A DNA stretch of 32,000 nucleotides from Propionibacteriaceae bacterium (GTDB lineage: Bacteria; Actinomycetota; Actinomycetes; Propionibacteriales; Propionibacteriaceae), in assembly GCA_031256725.1 (NCBI GenBank), contig JAIRQE010000021.1, forward strand, positions 1 to 32,000. The letters are read 5' to 3'. Each line of letters begins with the position of its first letter. Within the stretch, counting starts at the first letter, position 1. Of this stretch, positions 24,180 through 32,000 are shown piece after piece. Made by a program: the position numbers and the translations under genes. The notes below the pieces were generated by a model that ran no database searches, was not told the origin of the DNA, and worked only from the letters and a program-made list of their open reading frames with translations.

Positions 24180-25151
24180 ATGGCCCGCCAGGCATTAACA
24201 CCGTCGTGTCTCGCCCTTGTAAAGGCGCTGGAGACTCACGTACCACCGGCTTTGGAAGCTCTGGGTCTGACCTCCTGTCGCATCGGGTTATCGGGAGGTG
24301 CGGATTCCTTGGCACTCACAGCAGCAGCAGCCTGGGTACGAGATCGGCGCGCGGGGCCTTTGGCTGGAATGGATGTCACTGCGCGAATCATTGATCATGA
24401 GCTCCAACACGGGTCCCATCTGGTTGCGGAGCGCGCTCGTACCCAGTCTGAGGGTCTGGGGGTTTCTGCAGAGATCATCCGTGTGAAGGTGAACTCAACC
24501 CACGGTGGGCTTGAGGCGGGTGCCCGGGCAGCCCGCTATGAGGCTCTCACCTGGGGCGATGGGGCCCTTGTACTGCTGGGACACACCTTGGATGATCAAG
24601 CTGAGACTGTACTACTGGGGCTTGGACGAGGATCAGGGACACGATCCCTGTCAGGGATGCCACGTTCACGTGACCACCTGCTGAGGCCTTTGCTGGATCT
24701 TCGTCGATTCGATACTGAGCAAGCATGCAAGGACTGGGGATTGTCCTGGTGGGATGATCCTATGAATGAGGACCCATCCTTCTCCCGTACTCGCGTACGA
24801 CAAGCAATGGTGACTCTGGAAGCAGCCTTGGGCCCGGGCCTCACACAGTCATTGGCGCGTACAGCCCAATTATGCCGAACCGACGCAGACTATCTCGACC
24901 TACTGGCCTTCACCACGGGTATAGATACCCAGGCACGCGAGATTTCCGTCGATGCTCTTGCTGTACTCGACCCTGCGTTACGTCACCGAATCCTTTTAGC
25001 GTGGCTACGGGGATGCGGAAATGACGCTGTGACCAGAGACCATGTCTTAGCGGTGGACGCCCTTGTCACCAACTGGCACGGACAAAAAGAAATTTGTGTA
25101 CCAGTCGGGTCGGTTGTACGTACAAAGGGAGTGATCCAGCTTCTCAACTAG
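24180..25151 (+). CDS. tilS: tRNA(Ile)-lysidine synthetase.
   Basis: PP-loop motif GLSGGADSLAL, then LLGHTLDDQAETVLL. It lies immediately downstream of dacB, as in other Actinomycetota. Confidence 0.9.
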   Translation: MARQALTPSCLALVKALETHVPPALEALGLTSCRIGLSGGADSLALTAAAAWVRDRRAGPLAGMDVTARIIDHELQHGSHLVAERARTQSEGLGVSAEIIRVKVNSTHGGLEAGARAARYEALTWGDGALVLLGHTLDDQAETVLLGLGRGSGTRSLSGMPRSRDHLLRPLLDLRRFDTEQACKDWGLSWWDDPMNEDPSFSRTRVRQAMVTLEAALGPGLTQSLARTAQLCRTDADYLDLLAFTTGIDTQAREISVDALAVLDPALRHRILLAWLRGCGNDAVTRDHVLAVDALVTNWHGQKEICVPVGSVVRTKGVIQLLN

Positions 25152-25184
25152 GGTCCCGTTAGACGAAACCACTAGTTGAGAAGC
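25139..25184. terminator. 13-bp perfect inverted repeat spanning the tilS stop; candidate bidirectional terminator between convergent genes.
   Basis: GCTTCTCAACTAG (25139-25151) and CTAGTTGAGAAGC (25172-25184) are separated by a 20-nt loop. The structure sits between tilS (+) and the RHH gene (-). No clear U-tract. Confidence 0.45.
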
Positions 25185-25195
25185 AGGACTAATCC

Positions 25196-25432
25196 TTACT
25201 TGTATGTAGCAAGCGGCGGACGGCCTGGCCTGCGCAGAGGCTGCACATTGGCCGGAAGCCTGTTTGCACCTGCAAGGTCGTCCCTCAAGAGAAGCTCAAT
25301 GTGCGAGTTGAGGCTACGTGAGTCCTCTTCCGCCCACTGGGCAAGAGCTGCATGCACAGCTGGGTCCAGTCTCAGGAGCATTGCCTTGCGTCCTGGAGCT
25401 GGGTTTCTCACATCTGATTCCATATTTACCAT
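25196..25432 (-). CDS. Ribbon-helix-helix (Arc/CopG/antitoxin-like) DNA-binding protein.
   Basis: KAMLLRLDPAVHAALAQWAEEDSRSLNSHIELLLRDDL has the beta-strand/helix/helix pattern of small actinobacterial RHH proteins. The overlapping + strand ORF (25176-25490) has no such signature. Confidence 0.7.
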   Translation of the reverse strand: MVNMESDVRNPAPGRKAMLLRLDPAVHAALAQWAEEDSRSLNSHIELLLRDDLAGANRLPANVQPLRRPGRPPLATYK

Positions 25433-25670
25433 GTTAACCTGTCCGTTTCTGTGTCGCCCCCCATTTGTACCTACATTGCCCCCCTGCTAGATACTTTACA
25501 CGATGAAACCGGAAAAACCGGATATTGTCGTCAAAATACTTACAAGTAGTCTGAGGTACTGGGTTCCACTGTTGAATGATGTTACCACAATTTCGAGAAG
25601 ACGATACCGTAGAAACCTAAGAGATTCCTGAGAAAACATGAGATTGCTGTGCTATGAAGTGGGGTAGACT

Positions 25671-26762
25671 TTGGGAGTTGGTTCGCCAATAGTGGGATTT
25701 ACGGATTGTGCGCAGAAGCATATCCTGGAAGAAAACCTGGGTGGGAATAGGACAAACGAGAAAGGTACTGACAAGCCCGTGAGAAACTCATCTTCGCCAC
25801 GAAGGGCAATACCTGACTCCTACGGTCGGTCTCATCGTTCCTCCAGACGAGGCCTGAAATGGGTAATACTCCTTGTCATCCTGGTATTAATTGGAGGTGG
25901 AGGTGCTGGCGCCTATTTCACTGGGCTTTTGGACCCACTCATCGAACGCGTGATAAAACTACTTCCCAACTCTGGAAACCACGCTACGCCCGATGTTCAA
26001 GAGGTACCCCAGCAGTGGCCACTCACTGGAATAACGGGACAAATCGAGCTGCGTCCAGGCCTCATTGTTGAGGTAGAAAATTCATCTGAAAATCGTCCAC
26101 TCATTGGGATAGAAGCAGCCGATTATGTGATAGAAGAAGCAGCTGGGGAGGGTAGTACCCGTTTATCATTGGTCTTCAATTCCAAGGTGCCTACCGAAGT
26201 TTCGACACTCGGAAACCTCACACCCACATACGAAAATCGATGGTCTGAAGGATTCGTTGTCTTAGGGAGTGGACAAACACCCGCCACCTATGTGCTAGAC
26301 CCAGATCCCCAACTTCCCCCCAAACTAGCGGACTTTGACTTGGAGGGGCGGGGATGTACAGCTCAACGCCATGGAGCAATGACAAATGAGATCCTTATCC
26401 AACTGCCACCCTCCATCGACGCCAATTGGACATGGGACATCACTACCTCGCTATGGCAGCGATCCGAATCCGAACAACCAGCGGTTTCAGCAAGCGGATC
26501 CCAAATCACTGCTACAAACATCATCATCCTTGACGTGGATCTTGGCCCCGACACTGGTTCTGGCCCTCAACCCATTCTCACAGGACAGGGTACGGGAGCC
26601 GTCGCCTCTGGAGGGATGTCAGCCTCAATCACCTGGTCCCGCGACTACCTAACATCCATGTGGGAGTTCACTGATGCTGATGGTGAGCCAGTGGTACTTC
26701 TTCCAGGTACGACCTGGATTGAGATCATCCCCAAGGGTGCTGGAGAGTGGTACGCCTTTTAG
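25671..26762 (+). CDS. DUF3048-like membrane-anchored extracytoplasmic protein.
   Basis: An N-terminal basic segment and TM (LKWVILLVILVLIGGGGAGAYF), then WPLTGITG...RPGLIVEVENSSENRPLIGIEAADYVIEEAAGEGSTRLSLVFNS, which matches the DUF3048 N-domain pattern (PLTG...RP...V.N....RP..G...AD.V.E....G.TR). The start is uncertain: TTG 25671 or GTG 25779. Confidence 0.7.
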   Translation: MGVGSPIVGFTDCAQKHILEENLGGNRTNEKGTDKPVRNSSSPRRAIPDSYGRSHRSSRRGLKWVILLVILVLIGGGGAGAYFTGLLDPLIERVIKLLPNSGNHATPDVQEVPQQWPLTGITGQIELRPGLIVEVENSSENRPLIGIEAADYVIEEAAGEGSTRLSLVFNSKVPTEVSTLGNLTPTYENRWSEGFVVLGSGQTPATYVLDPDPQLPPKLADFDLEGRGCTAQRHGAMTNEILIQLPPSIDANWTWDITTSLWQRSESEQPAVSASGSQITATNIIILDVDLGPDTGSGPQPILTGQGTGAVASGGMSASITWSRDYLTSMWEFTDADGEPVVLLPGTTWIEIIPKGAGEWYAF

Positions 26763-27002
26763 CTCTTCATCGTGGCGTTTGGCGATGATTCAGTTTTGGG
26801 TCAGACATCTGTCGTGGGGACGCTGTACTTTCGCGTCTTGAATAGTGGCTCTTCTCATGTGCGGTGGGGGTAGTTGAGTTGAGGGTGGTTGAAGGCTCCG
26901 CCGATGAGGAGCATTCTGAGTCGGTAGTGGTGGGGTTGGTGAAGCCTCTGGCGACAGATTTAGAGTTCTCGGGTTTGGGCGATTTGGGGCATACTGGTAC
27001 TC

Positions 27003-27974
27003 ATGCGTGCAATCACTGTTCTAGAGCCTGGTGGGCCGGAAGTCATGGTTTTGGGCGAGGTTCCAGATCCTCAGCCAGCTGTGGGGGAGGTCCTTATCTC
27101 CGTACAGGCGTCGGGGGTGAATCGTGCTGACATCCTTCAACGTCGTGGGTACTATCCACCGCCTCAGGGGATCTCCGAGATCATTGGTCTTGAGGTTGCT
27201 GGGGTCGTTGAGGCGGCCAATGGTACTACTGCGTTTAAGCCGGGAGACACGGTGATCGCCCTTCTTGCTGGTGGTGGGTATGCAGAGAAGGCTGTGGCTC
27301 CAGCCGGTCAGTGTGCGCCCATTCCGGCGGGCCTGGACATGATTCAGGCGGCTGCCATCATGGAGACGGCAGCAACGGTGGCCTCCAACTTCGATCACAT
27401 TAACCTTGTTCCGGGCGAGACGATTTTGATTCACGGTGGAGCTGGGGGTGTTGGTACCTTTGCTATCCCGTATGCCAAGTACATAGGACTGACTGTTGTG
27501 ACGACCGTTGGATCTGAGACCAAGGCAGAATTTGTTCGTGGACTGGGTGCAGATGTCACCATTGACTATCACGGGGATTGGGCCACAGAAGTACTCCACG
27601 CTACAGATGGGCGAGGAGTGGACGCCATCCTTGACATCATGGGAGCCAAGTACCTCGAAGCCAATGTCGCCCTCCTGGCCCGAGGAGGCAGAATGACGGT
27701 CATAGGCCTCCAGGGAGGCACAAAGGGCACCCTGGACCTCAATCGGCTCCTCTCAAAAGCGGCGACCGTCACGGCCACTAGCCTGCGCTTTAGGCCCGTA
27801 CCAGAGAAAGTGAAGATCGTCTCTGAAGTTATCGCTAGAATCTGGCCCCTCTTTGAAGCAGGAACCATCCCCCTTCCACCCATGACAACCTTCCCCTTGG
27901 CCAATGCTGCGGCCGCCCACGCCCACCTAGACTCAGGCGCCAACGTAGGCAAAGTAGTACTAACTGCTCAGTGA
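27003..27974 (+). CDS. NAD(P)H:quinone oxidoreductase (zeta-crystallin / MDR family).
   Basis: MRAITVLEPGGPEVMVLGEVPDPQPAVGEVLISVQASGVNRADILQRRGYYPPP, the nucleotide-binding motif IHGGAGGVGTFAI, and a C-terminal GKVVL. Confidence 0.9.
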   Translation: MRAITVLEPGGPEVMVLGEVPDPQPAVGEVLISVQASGVNRADILQRRGYYPPPQGISEIIGLEVAGVVEAANGTTAFKPGDTVIALLAGGGYAEKAVAPAGQCAPIPAGLDMIQAAAIMETAATVASNFDHINLVPGETILIHGGAGGVGTFAIPYAKYIGLTVVTTVGSETKAEFVRGLGADVTIDYHGDWATEVLHATDGRGVDAILDIMGAKYLEANVALLARGGRMTVIGLQGGTKGTLDLNRLLSKAATVTATSLRFRPVPEKVKIVSEVIARIWPLFEAGTIPLPPMTTFPLANAAAAHAHLDSGANVGKVVLTAQ

Positions 27975-28055
27975 CTACACGAAAGTCGCAGAATCGGTCA
28001 TGTCTTGGATGCTGCGACTGACGCGCAGTATGACGGATGGGAGCAACCCTAACGT

Positions 28056-28187
28056 CGAGATCACTAGCCGACTGTGGAGGGGTGCCAGACATCTATTTTG
28101 GATCGTATCCCCGAACGGAGGAGTTGCTTCCGAATGGAAGCAACTGCGTGAGTGCATCCAGAATAGATGTCTGGCACCCCTCCACAC
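28056..28187. repeat. Nested-palindromic intergenic element, copy A (~130 nt).
   Basis: The outer 30-bp stem is GTGGAGGGGTGCCAGACATCTATTTTGGAT / ATCCAGAATAGATGTCTGGCACCCCTCCAC, with one G-U/mismatch. The inner hairpin is AGTTGCTTCC-GAAT-GGAAGCAACT. It lies between the convergent qor-like and acyltransferase genes, and a second copy lies at 31526-31657. Confidence 0.9.
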
Positions 28188-28222
28188 ACCAGCCACAGAG
28201 TTAAAGAAAACACAAGCTAAAA

Positions 28223-30322
28223 CTATTCAAGAGCCGAAAGTACAGCGTCCTCAAGATAGGGCTGAAGAGTACGAGTGAATGTGGTTGTCAGGTGTCCAGG
28301 GTCATAGTAGGCGATGACTCCGCCGATGACATCCCAGCAGGTGGTGTCATCACAGAGGGCATCGCTGAAGTTGATGGTTGAGACCTTGGGGCTGGTGGAT
28401 TCTTCTGCTGCTTGGAAGAGGGGGTCTGAGGAGAGTTGCCAGTATCGGGGTCCGTCACAGGCACCAATGTTGTCACGGTTCTGTTCAACACAGTCGGGAG
28501 TGTGATGTGACTGGTAGGGCACATCGTGGATAACGAGTACGCTGAGCCCCTCAGAGGTGATGAGTTCAAGCAGATCAGTGAACATTTCTATTCGGACTTG
28601 GTGTTGAGCTTCCCAGCCCGTATAGGCCATGATGGCTGACTGGGGTCGTATAGACATGACAACAAGTTCGATTCCGGCTGCTTTCATGTCTTCCAGGGAG
28701 CGTGTTGTGTACTCTTGGCAGGCTTGCTGGGTGCCAGGCAGGGGCATGACCAGTGGCTGGAGGGAGGGGAAGCACACAGCGGCCAGATAGGTACGAATCC
28801 CCCAGCCGTGTGTGGCACCTATGTCGATAAGCGGCTCAAGGTAGGGGCCAGCGTGGGAGTTTCCCCACAGGGCTACCCGCTCGGGGAGTTCGCCTGTGTT
28901 CGGGTAGTGGCATACGGGGAATCGGGTTGGTTTGGTTTGCCACCACCAGCAGTCGTCCTTGTAGGCCACACTACGGTCGTTGGCGGCTTGGAGTGGTTCG
29001 GTCAGCAACTGTTCACCGTGGGGATCCTGTCCCGCACAGGCAGGGTCCAAGCGTATTGCTGCGCCCACGCAGGTGGCGTTTTCTGGGATCTGTGGACGGT
29101 CATTGGGTCTGCCGACGATATGGGTGATGGCTATGGCGGAGGTCCCAACTGCGGAGGTCGCAACCATGCCTAACACCAGGAAGATGAATGTACGGCGAAG
29201 CGGTACCCCCAGTGGACGTGATCCTCGGAAGCGGTCCTCAATGAAGGTTTTGGACAACCAGGAGAGTCCCAGGGTGAGCGCAATGGCCCCAAGTTTGATG
29301 GGCCAGTCCATGGGTCGCCCGATTGTCCAGGGAATGAGTATTACGAGGGGCCAATGCCACAGGTAGATCGAATAGGAGGCATCCCCGACGAATCGGATGG
29401 GTTTGAATGCGAGAATCCGGTCGAGGGAGTACCGATAGTTCCCGGGCCCGGCAGCGATGACGAGAAGTGCGCCCAGTACTGGGATTGCTGCAATGTAGCC
29501 AGGGAACCCTTGTCCGGTCACAGTGAACCCTGACCAGACCATGGCTGCTATTCCTGCGGCGACCATTGCCAGTCGTACCCACCACCAGGGTTCCAATCGT
29601 GGGGCCAACCGGGGATAGATGACAGCCAGAAGGCCACCGGCTCCGAGTTCCCACATTCGGGTTGGGGTAATGAAGTATGCCCTCGTTGGCATGGCTGAAG
29701 TGAAGAGGGCCGAGAAAGCGAAGGAGAGGGCAACCACACCCAGGATGACCAGCCCTGCCGCCAGCCGGAATCGATGCCAGCGCTTTCGTACCAGCAAAGC
29801 AACTAGGGCAAGGAGTATAGGCCAAATTAGGTAGAACTGTTCCTCAACTGACAGGGACCAATAGTGTTGAAGGGCGGTCGGTGGCGCTGTTGAGGCGAGG
29901 TAGTTGGTACCCACCCAGGCCAGGTTCCAGTTTTCTATGTACAACCCGGACCAGATCGCTGACCAACCGTTGGCCTGCCACTGGGTCATCGGGAGGATGA
30001 GGAGTGTAGCAATCACTGTGACGATGATGACTGTGAAGGCGGCAGGGAGGAGGCGCCGTACTCTTCTTCCCCAGAAAACGACGAGGTCGTGAGCGCGTCG
30101 CGGAGGTTTGGTGAGGAGGTGTGTGGTGATCAGGAAGCCCGAGATGACGAAGAAGATGTCGACACCGACGAAGCCACCTTTCACGTTGGTGGGCCAGAAG
30201 TGGTACACAAGAACAAGGGTCACCGCGAGTGCTCGCATCCACTGGATGTCGATCCGTGCGGTGTGAGTGTCAGTGGGCTTTACGCCTTCATTAGTTCTTG
30301 AGACCATAGCAGTGGTTCTCAA
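28223..30322 (-). CDS. Acyltransferase-3 family O-acyltransferase with a C-terminal SGNH-like domain (OatA-like).
   Basis: IQWMRALAVTLVLVYHFWP...GGFVGVDIFFVISGFLIT is the AT3 signature. It has ~10 TM segments followed by a ~300-aa soluble domain (VALWGNSHAGPY...). The start may be the internal ATG at 30307. It overlaps the upstream TagF-like gene end. Confidence 0.9.
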   Translation of the reverse strand: MRTTAMVSRTNEGVKPTDTHTARIDIQWMRALAVTLVLVYHFWPTNVKGGFVGVDIFFVISGFLITTHLLTKPPRRAHDLVVFWGRRVRRLLPAAFTVIIVTVIATLLILPMTQWQANGWSAIWSGLYIENWNLAWVGTNYLASTAPPTALQHYWSLSVEEQFYLIWPILLALVALLVRKRWHRFRLAAGLVILGVVALSFAFSALFTSAMPTRAYFITPTRMWELGAGGLLAVIYPRLAPRLEPWWWVRLAMVAAGIAAMVWSGFTVTGQGFPGYIAAIPVLGALLVIAAGPGNYRYSLDRILAFKPIRFVGDASYSIYLWHWPLVILIPWTIGRPMDWPIKLGAIALTLGLSWLSKTFIEDRFRGSRPLGVPLRRTFIFLVLGMVATSAVGTSAIAITHIVGRPNDRPQIPENATCVGAAIRLDPACAGQDPHGEQLLTEPLQAANDRSVAYKDDCWWWQTKPTRFPVCHYPNTGELPERVALWGNSHAGPYLEPLIDIGATHGWGIRTYLAAVCFPSLQPLVMPLPGTQQACQEYTTRSLEDMKAAGIELVVMSIRPQSAIMAYTGWEAQHQVRIEMFTDLLELITSEGLSVLVIHDVPYQSHHTPDCVEQNRDNIGACDGPRYWQLSSDPLFQAAEESTSPKVSTINFSDALCDDTTCWDVIGGVIAYYDPGHLTTTFTRTLQPYLEDAVLSALE

Positions 30323-31457
30323 TAATACCGGCTAGGCGGACAGTGTTCCCCGTTCTGTGAACCACCTCCAGATTCGTGAAATCATGGATGGCTTTCAGGT
30401 CGAAATCCTCGTTGTCGATGGCGGTGAACAGAGCGTGAGCATCAGTGTACTGCTGGGCTGGGAAATCAGATGGTGAGGTGAAGAAGCCCCGGATTTCATC
30501 ATATCCGTCAGCATCCAAATGATAGAAGAAGACGGGTTTGCCAAGTACCAACATCTCGTAAGTGATGGCGGAATAGTCGGTGATGAGGTAATCGGAGACG
30601 GTCAGCACTTCCAGTGTGGAGTACCCGTTGATCTGGATGGCCCGGGGATCTTCGATAGTGAGTTTCGTGAGGGGATGTACTTTGATGATGAGGTTGTACC
30701 TCTCGAAATCCACAGCTTCAATAAGGTGATCGATCTCTTCATGAACGGTTTCACCACGACGAAAAGTCGGGGCGAAAGTAATGGTCTTCTTGTCGCCAAG
30801 TTCCGGATGTTCTGTCCGTATTTTCCCTTGTATTTCAGAGTTTTTCTCCGAATCGCTGAGGAGGTCCACGCGGGGTAGTGAAATCACTGAAACCGTGGAA
30901 GGATCACAGTTGAAGGCCTGAGCAAAGTTGTGAACACTGCGTTCGCCACTGGCAATAACGAGGTCGTAGTTTTCGTGCATATGCATGAGCTGGGCCAACT
31001 CAAAGCTGGTGAGTCCTCGTCCTCCTGAACGAGCCTCCGCCTTATCGAGTATGGCGTACCCAAATTTCTTGAAGGACCCGAGCGCGTGCCAGATCTGGAT
31101 TACTTGGAGTGTTTTCTTGTGTGTGAAGATGCAGACGGGAATGCAGTAGGTATCAAGGACAACAGTCTTGCTGGTTGCGATATGGTACGCCTGGGTGAGC
31201 AGATGGAAGAGGTACCCAACGATTGCGGGTCCTTTGGGTACTGGCCGACACAGTAGCTTCACCTCCAAGTCAGGCTGATCACAGTGAAGCTGGTCGATCA
31301 GGAGAGTGAAATCCAGGGGTACATCCCAGCCTTGACGGCTGATAAAGATTACCTTGTTGCGGGTCGGGAAGAGCTTGATCGCAGCGTACAAAGCTCGTGC
31401 AGAACCTATGGCCACCTTGATGCCTAGGATCATGATTCCGCGCTGGAGCTTTTTCAC
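30291..31457 (-). CDS. CDP-glycerol glycerophosphotransferase (TagB/TagF family).
   Basis: KTITFAPTFRRGE, YNLIIKVHP, LITDYSAITYEMLVLGKPVFFY and DEIRGFF are typical TagF-family blocks. The SD AAAGGAGAA precedes the ATG on the minus strand. Confidence 0.9.
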   Translation of the reverse strand: MKKLQRGIMILGIKVAIGSARALYAAIKLFPTRNKVIFISRQGWDVPLDFTLLIDQLHCDQPDLEVKLLCRPVPKGPAIVGYLFHLLTQAYHIATSKTVVLDTYCIPVCIFTHKKTLQVIQIWHALGSFKKFGYAILDKAEARSGGRGLTSFELAQLMHMHENYDLVIASGERSVHNFAQAFNCDPSTVSVISLPRVDLLSDSEKNSEIQGKIRTEHPELGDKKTITFAPTFRRGETVHEEIDHLIEAVDFERYNLIIKVHPLTKLTIEDPRAIQINGYSTLEVLTVSDYLITDYSAITYEMLVLGKPVFFYHLDADGYDEIRGFFTSPSDFPAQQYTDAHALFTAIDNEDFDLKAIHDFTNLEVVHRTGNTVRLAGIIENHCYGLKN

Positions 31458-31525
31458 GGTTCTCCTTTCATTTAGGAACTAGCCTACTCAAGAACACCCT
31501 CGTCACCGACTATTCCGTCATCACT

Positions 31526-31657
31526 CAAGATCAGTAGACGACTGTGGAGGGGTGTCAGACATCTGTTCTGGATCGTATCCCGAACGGAGGAGTTGCTTCC
31601 GAATGGAAGTAACTGCGTGAGTGTATCCAGAATAGATGCCTAGCACCCTCTCCACAG
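31526..31657. repeat. Nested-palindromic intergenic element, copy B (more degenerate).
   Basis: It aligns to copy A in the same orientation with ~13 differences over ~130 nt by eye. The inner hairpin is retained and the outer stem carries several mismatches. It lies in the divergent region between the TagF-like gene (-) and the GT2 gene (+). Confidence 0.9.
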
Positions 31658-31694
31658 CACAAGAGATCCTGGGTCAAGGTTATAGACTCAGTTC

Positions 31695-32000
31695 GTGGCT
31701 GCTACGCGAAAAGGTTCATCAGGGTCCGGCTCATCTCCCAAGGTGAGTGTCATTGTTCCGATGTTTAATGTGGCTGAGTACATCGCCCACGCGGTAGACA
31801 GCCTAAAGCAACAAACATTGGTCGATTCTGAGTTCATTCTCATTGATGATGGTTCTACCGATGGTACAGCTGAGGTCGCTATTACTGCGATAGGGGATGA
31901 CGACCGTTTTTGTCTCATAGGTCGTGAGAATCATGGGGCTGCAGCCACCCGAAACTTTGGGCTCTCAGTCGCCACGGGTGACTATCTGTGTTTTCTTGAC
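31695..32000 (+). CDS. Family 2 glycosyltransferase, 3'-truncated by the window edge.
   Basis: The + frame reads VSVIVPMFNVAEYIAHAVDSLKQQTLVDSEFILIDDGSTDGTAEV...NHGAAATRNFGLSVATGDYLCFLD, the classic GT2 N-terminus. It is open to base 32000. Start is GTG 31695 or GTG 31743. The ORF is absent from the track because there is no stop within the window. Confidence 0.85.
   Translation, partial: MAATRKGSSGSGSSPKVSVIVPMFNVAEYIAHAVDSLKQQTLVDSEFILIDDGSTDGTAEVAITAIGDDDRFCLIGRENHGAAATRNFGLSVATGDYLCFLD

Noticed and set aside
26763-27002. G-rich stretch and the 26864-27130 ORF upstream of the quinone oxidoreductase
   Set aside because: The ORF overlaps the well-supported qor-like start in another frame and has no motif. 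The G-richness shows no regular G-quadruplex spacing or repeat that I could define.
27975-28278. Two ORFs (27975-28196 minus, 28000-28278 plus) across the intergenic element
   Set aside because: Both are generated by the palindrome itself. They even share mirrored peptides (GARHLFW, IQNRCLAPLH), they lack SD sequences, and the same sequence recurs non-coding at 31526-31657.
31688-31918. 76-aa minus-strand ORF at the right edge
   Set aside because: The opposite strand encodes a textbook GT2 N-terminus (VSVIVPMFN...DDGSTDGT...FLD) that runs off the window.
1-32000. CRISPR arrays, rRNA/tRNA genes, IS elements, integrases, prophage genes
   Set aside because: No repeat-spacer periodicity: the only direct repeats are the 19-bp x2 and ~130-nt x2 elements and the in-frame coding repeats. 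I found no cloverleaf-compatible sequence, no rRNA-like conserved blocks, and no DDE/tyrosine/serine recombinase-like ORF in any frame.

Overview
This 32-kb chromosomal window looks like a mid-GC Actinomycetota (Actinomycetales-like) genome. That is an inference from dacB-tilS synteny, frequent GTG/TTG starts and ATGA-type coupled genes; I cannot run a search to confirm it.

Gene content, left to right:
(1) Two surface proteins: a 5'-truncated tandem Ig-like repeat protein and a visibly lower-GC MucBP-like adhesin. Both end in the same non-LPXTG tail, (V/A)(E/D)TGG + TM + RRYL.
(2) A GH13 alpha-glucosidase, ATGA-coupled to a GH36 alpha-galactosidase gene that is cut off after ~190 codons.
(3) A predicted promoter plus a GC-rich structured leader, followed by an apparent operon: an Hsp90/HtpG-family ATPase, an overlapping 941-aa TPR-like protein, and two tandem paralogous polytopic (GT-C-like) membrane proteins.
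(4) GtrA-family and FAD-oxidoreductase genes.
(5) An AT-rich islet with two small orphan ORFs.
(6) A DUF2207-like membrane protein, a zinc-ribbon/proline-rich tail-anchored protein, and an RNase HI fusion.
(7) dacB-tilS, an orphan RHH gene, a DUF3048-like protein and a quinone oxidoreductase.
(8) A minus-strand wall-glycopolymer module (TagF-like glycerophosphotransferase + AT3/SGNH O-acyltransferase) flanked by two copies of a ~130-nt nested-palindromic element, then a partial GT2.

I found no rRNA, tRNA, CRISPR array, transposase or integrase.

Best candidates for something undescribed:
- the HtpG-like/TPR/membrane-protein operon and its structured leader
- the shared non-canonical C-terminal sorting tail
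- the G10 tract upstream of the adhesin gene
- the palindromic element pair
- the AT-rich two-ORF islet, where a GGGGSW C-terminus is shared with the neighbouring DUF2207 protein
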